64,000 bases of DNA, taken from contig WELA01002985.1 of the NCBI GenBank assembly GCA_009602735.1, positions 6,128 to 70,127 of the forward strand, read 5' to 3'. This DNA is from Mesotaenium endlicherianum (lineage: Eukaryota). The notes beneath the pieces are model-generated. The model was given only the letters and a program-made list of their open reading frames with translations, was not told the DNA's origin and ran no database searches. A program made the position numbers and the translations under genes. Shown here in pieces: positions 58,739 through 64,000 of the stretch; the stretch's first letter is position 1; every line of letters starts with the position of its first letter.

Positions 58739-61700
58739 CTAATAATATCGGTACTGACTGTACAGGTTGGGAGTGTAGGAGGTCACGAGGGCCAGGGAAT
58801 TCTTCATCCGCGACATCAGCTTGAACGTCTCCTCCGCCTCCACCTGGCGCCGCACGTCGCTGCCAGCCAAGGAGGAGGCCCGGTCGGGATGGAACTTCAG
58901 CAGCGCCTTCTTGTACGCCCCTTGCACCTGGGCGCGCGTGCGCACACACGGACGCACACACACGCGCACACACATGCACGCACGCACACACACACGTGCA
59001 CACACGCACACACGCGCACAAAGATCAGAAGAGGTTCTCATCCGTCATTCCAAAGATGGAGCCACGCAGAATTGACGCGATTCCCACCAGCCAGCCAGCC
59101 AGCTAGCCAGCCAGATGCCTAATCGTAACCTTTACCTACTCTTCCGCTCCACATCGCCAGGCAAAACAAGCAAGGGGCACCTAAATTTAATTTGCAAAAT
59201 CTCGCCAAGGGACCTGCATTTTTCAGCCAATATGAAAAAGTCAAAAGGCTGAGACAGAGGCTGACAGTGGCTCAACCGGACAGGCGCCGCCAGCTGGCGG
59301 CGCAAGCGCGGACAGCTGGGCTTGCGCCGGTGCTTACGTGGGCGGCGGTGGGCTGCGCTCCGCCGTCGACGCTGATGCCAAGGCGGCGCAGGAGCGTGGC
59401 CATGTCGGGGCACCCCACAGCCAGGCGCTCCAGCTGCGACCGTATCTGGCCCCGCAGCTGCTCCTTCAGGTCCTGCTTCGACGACTCCTGCGCGTTTGAG
59501 CACCACGCACACGAACACACGCACACGCGCACGCACACACGTACACGTACACGCACACGCACGTCCGTGCTTGCACGCAAGAGGGCGAGAGATGGGATCA
59601 GTGAGTCCCTCTGGCCAGCGAGCGCAAGTCCGTCCGCCCCATCCACACACCCACCCGCCTTGTCCAAACGGCAGGGACTCGCAAATTGACAGGCGGCTGA
59701 CCGCATGCGGCTGTCGCTGTCATGCTCTTTGCGTAAGCCAGGAACGAAGACGCACATCCAGGTGGCTGCACGCGCGGCAGCACACCCTCATGGTCTCACA
59801 GGTGGGCGGCTTAGGTGGAGGAGGAGGAGGATGAGCAAGGAAGTTCTGCAAGCTGGCAACAGCAGCAGCTGCACGCGGTGCTGCTCTTGGGGCAGCCGCG
59901 ACATTACGGATGGACAAGCTCGTATACCCCCCCCCGCTGTGCCCTTCCCTCTCTGACTCCACCTTTCCAGCGCACACCCGGGTTCTCGACACTGTCATGA
60001 GGCAGGCAGGCAGGCAGGCTGGCAGGCTGGCAGGCTGTGGGACAACAGAATGGGCGGGGTGGGGGGGTTGGAGCAGCAAAAGAATGGAGCTGGGAGACAG
60101 GGCTGCCTGACAAGGCTTCATGGTGAGTTTTCAAGTGGGGGAGGAATGGAAAGGGGGAGGGGGAGGGGGNGGGGGAGGAGGGAGGGGGGAGGGGTGTCCC
60201 AACCTTGAGCTGGTTGCTGCGCATCTCGTCCAGGCGTTGCTTCTGCCGCAGCTCCATCTCTACCTTGCGCTCCATCTCCGCCTTCTTCCGCTTCTTCGCC
60301 TTCTGCGCCTCCAGCGCCTGCGTGCGCCCAGGCCAAATATCAATCACCACAGGAGGAGGGGGAGAGGGAGGGAGGAGGAGGAGGAGGAGGAAGAGGGGGC
60401 GGAGAAGGAGGTGGAGGAGGATGAGGACTGGGAGAAAGAGAAGGCGAGCGAGACAGGACATTTGCAAAGAGGGGGCGGCACTTGTGGGCGGGCCGCACGT
60501 AGCCTTGGGGGGGCACATAGATATGCGAAGAAGCCAATGGCAAGCGACCCACCCCTTGCTCTGGACCGGAGAAAACACTGCTGGAAAGGGTTCCTTAGTT
60601 GCACAAGCAGATAGATACACGCGCTCCTACGTGTCTGCGTGCCTGCGTGCCTGCCTCAGTGCCTGCCTGCCTGCCTGGGTGCGTGCGTTTGTGCGCAACC
60701 CAGCCAGGGCCTGCCGCCTGCCCAGCTCCGATTCCACAAGCCCGCAGCAAAGCTCGTGCCGTGCCTAAGCAGTGGAAGCAAGAAGAGGGCGCGCGCGTGC
60801 GCGGGAGGAAGTTCCTCTCTGCCTCCCCAAGCACACACATGCCAATCAACAGCCAGGAGATAGCTTCTGTGCCACTCTCTGCGTGGCCTCGGCTGAGGCC
60901 CACCTCTGGAGCTTCCTTCTCCAGCAGGTAGGCAGGCGGGCAGTAAGGGCCACAGCATAACACCTCAGAGCTACCACAGGACATGCTCACGCATGGAATG
61001 ATGGCAAATCGCTGCCAGCCAGCCAGATAGCCAGATAGACAGGCAGACGGCTGCCTGGACTCTCTCTGCACGATGCCCCCCACAGCCATGCCTCCACCCG
61101 GCTGCTGCTGCAGCTGCGGCGCAGCTGGCGAGCAAAGACGTGGACCAAAGAGGTTGCCTGCCCTGCCAGTGACTCAGGGTTGCGTTTCTCCCAGCAAGGA
61201 CCAGCTTGAGCGCAGGAGGCCATGGCCAATCGAAGCTTGCCTCTTGCCGCTCGCTGCTTGCCACCTGGCGCTTGTCCCTTCCACTAGGCAATTTTGCAGT
61301 GTCGCACACGCGGAGACTGTGCAGGCACATGTGCACGCGCGCACACACACACACACACAGAGAGAGACATACGCAAGCATGCACCCATGTGCACACTCAC
61401 GCACCCACACATGCACACCAGCGCGCGCACACCACACCAACAGGCACACCTTCACGCACACACCCGCAGGCTTGCCCTCGCGCTGGAAAGCGCTCTCACA
61501 TCAACACGGCGGACAGCACAGGCAGGAAACTGGGAGAGCAATACCAGAGGCCCCGCGAGGGTACCTGGCGCTTGAGCTCCTCGTGGCGCTGCGCCCACTC
61601 CGCCTCCTCCGCCTGCTTGAAGCCGGCGCTCTCCTTCAGCAGCTCCCTCTCTCTCAGCAGCAGCATCGCCCCTTCCATGCCCCCGACCCCGGCCCCATTC

Positions 61701-62495
61701 CCAACCCCGTGCCCATCCCCGTGCCCGTCCCCATCGTCGTCCTTGTCCCTATCAATGTCCCCAGTCTCCACTGCACCGTTGGCATCTGCCGCAGCTACGG
61801 TGTGGCCTCTACCTTCCCCTGCGAATGCATGCTGCCGCCCGGACGCTCCCCCGGCTGGAGACGCGTGCGGCACTGCTGCTGCATGAAGGGGATGGCTAGG
61901 GCGAGGTGGAGGCGACCGCGGATGCGAGTGCGCCATGTGTCCTTCTCTGGTGCGTCCAAGAGGCTCCTGCCGTTGGCTGGCGGCCGCTGCCGTTGCCGCT
62001 GCAGCTGCCGCCGCCGCCGCTGCTGCTGCTGCTGCTCCCCCCCTAGGGTACGTTGGCCCAGACCCAGCAGGGCCTGCTGCAGGGCCCATATGCGGTTGCT
62101 CACGTGGGGACATGCAGTGACTGTGACAATGCCCCGCCCCTTGTGGGGCGACACCTGGATGCTCCCCACGCTGGCCACCTGGCGGGTGTCCTTGAGCGCC
62201 ACCTGTTAACGGAACGCCAGCGACACTAGCACCATCGCCCTGTGATTGATACTCTTGGTGACTCGGCGACGCTGCTTCGCCCCCCCTTCTGCCCTGCTCC
62301 GCAGCGGCGGAGGCTGCTCCTGCACCGACATCTGCCCCCCCGTATGTGCGAGCAGCACTGTGCCCCGGCTGCTCCCCGGCAAGCCCTGCACCGCGCCTGA
62401 CACCAAACCCCTTCCCCCTGCCGCGAGCTCCCCTTGCAGCACTCGCCCCAGGACCCCCGCTTGCAGAGGAATACGTCCCCCTCCCCTCTCCCCTC

Positions 62496-62527
<32 letters not shown>

Positions 62528-64000
62528 ACCTGCGCCTGCTTCACCTGCCCCTCCTCCTCCTCCGGCCATGTGACCTGGCGAGCCCGCCCTGTCCATCCTC
62601 CTCCTCAGGGCCGCCTCTTCCCAGAGCTGCCTGACCTTCTCGCCACTTGTCAGGATCTCGATGTCCGAGTCATCGTCGTCGTCCTCGTCGTCTGACAAGT
62701 CTCCCACAAAAGCGTCCCCCCCCCGCCCCCCAAACTCACCAGCCCCCCCAACAGCCGCACCGCCACCGGGACCACCACCGCTGCCACTGTGTGCCCCTCC
62801 CATATGCAGCAGGTCGACGTCATCCTCGTCCTCAAACAGCTCCTCAAAATCCTCCTCCTCCTCCTCCTCCTCCTCCTCTTCCTCCGAATCGTCGTCATCA
62901 AACCGAAACCTTGTGCCACCAGCAGTCGCCCAGGCAGTGCCGGAGTACCCATTAGGGTTGGCAGCCTCCCCCAGGCCTCGACGAACCGGTTCCCGTAAAC
63001 CCCCCACCCCTGCTTCACCACCCCCCCCACCATGCCGCTGCTGCTGCCACCGCGGCTGAGCTCCCACCCCCCCCGCTCTGCTGGCTGTCCGGGCACTCGC
63101 CTGGAACGCCTGGGGCTGGATGAACTGCACATCGTCGTCCTCCTGGGGAGGAACAAACTGAAATGCCTCGTTGTCTTCGTCGTCGCCGTTGTCGCCGTCC
63201 CCGTCGTTGCCATGGCCGTCCACGTCAGCGTGGTGGTCCCCCGCACCAACACAACCGCCCTCCCCCTCCTCCTCCTCCTCACCTGCACCCTCGTCATCCT
63301 CCTCCTTGCCTTGACAGCCATTGGGTGCATGGTCAGGCGCGCGGAAGCCCCCTCTGAAGAGAGGCACAAAGGCGGGAGGAAATTCTCCTGCGCCGCCTGC
63401 TGCTGCTCCTGCGCCGCCACCTGTACGGCCCTCGTCCACGAAGGGCGCGGAGCTCCCACGGGCCTCCTGTGAGTGCCTAGGCCTCTTTCTCCCCTGTGTT
63501 TCTGCGGCGGCGCCTGCTGTTACTGACCCCAAGCCCCCATTCCCCACACTAGCTCGACTGCCAGGCAGCCCTCTCGCACCTACCCTGCCCTGCTCCTCCT
63601 CCTCCTCGTCTTCTTCCTCATCGTCGTCAAGGATAACCACCGAGGGTCTCCCCCAAGCTTCCCTCTTCACAGGTCTGCCAGCCCCATAGCATTGGGGTTG
63701 GGCGGAACTTGTGTCCTCCCCATATGACGCCCCACAGTGAGGGCCAGATTCAAAAGCACTCCCCATCTGGTGGAGGGGCTGCGCCTCGTGCGCATGCTCT
63801 CCACCTGGCATGCTGCCAGTGGAAGAGGATGCTTCGTCCCTGTAGTGGATGCCATCGCCCTCATCAGCTGCTCTCGCCTGACTACCCCCACCCCCAGCAT
63901 GCTCCCCACTTCTTCTGCCAGTCCCCTCCCCAACTGCCTTCTCCCGGCTAACGCCTCCCTCCTCTGCTGTTCTGCTGACGTTCGGATTCTTCTCTCCTAG
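58739..64000 (-). CDS. J-domain (DnaJ-like) protein with a long low-complexity N-terminus and coiled coil. Exons >64000-61565, 60317-60204, 59487-59338, 58927-58739; 5' end outside the window
   Basis: GT-AG phase-0 introns. Spliced C-terminus ...EEAEWAQRHEELKRQ-ALEAQKAKKRKKAE...LLRRLGISVDGG...-VQGAYKKALLKFHPDRASS...EAEETFKLMSRMK contains the HPD motif. The first exon frame stays open to position 64000. Confidence 0.88.

Noticed and set aside
58930..61560. Long overlapping ORFs on both strands (e.g. 61073-62209 +)
   Set aside because: Intronic (CA)n and (GCCT)n low-complexity sequence, or antisense shadows of the GC-rich J-domain gene.

Overview
Eukaryotic nuclear DNA, most consistent with a streptophyte alga or another non-seed plant lineage (inference from GT-AG intron-rich genes, chromoviruses, and mitochondrial genes with no obvious need for C-to-U editing). 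Positions 1-33.4 kb are a nested TE cluster. It holds one heavily decayed and two near-complete but disabled Ty3/gypsy chromoviruses, a ~550-bp repeat family, and a DIRS-type tyrosine-recombinase retrotransposon (Gag, RT, RNase H, N6-adenine methyltransferase-like domain, YR) into which a fourth gypsy element inserted. The two halves of that gypsy element and of the DIRS host now point in opposite directions but share one TSD (GTGCT). This implies an inversion of ~39.4-55.8 kb with a ~1.1-kb inverted duplication at the breakpoints and mitochondrial DNA at both junctions (trnR, trnF, rps2, ccmB at the left; ccmFC, rps11 at the right). The mitochondrial DNA is saturated with GC-rich hairpin repeats that also sit inside rps2 and ccmFC, and an 82-bp piece of the same repeat type interrupts the RT of another gypsy element. 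Host genes are an MTH1/NUDT1-like Nudix hydrolase (6 exons), a conserved 117-aa coiled-coil protein (3 exons) and a J-domain protein that runs off the window end. Single-N scaffold gaps lie at or near three of the four nuclear-mitochondrial junctions, so mis-scaffolding cannot be excluded without long reads. All identity estimates are manual counts.
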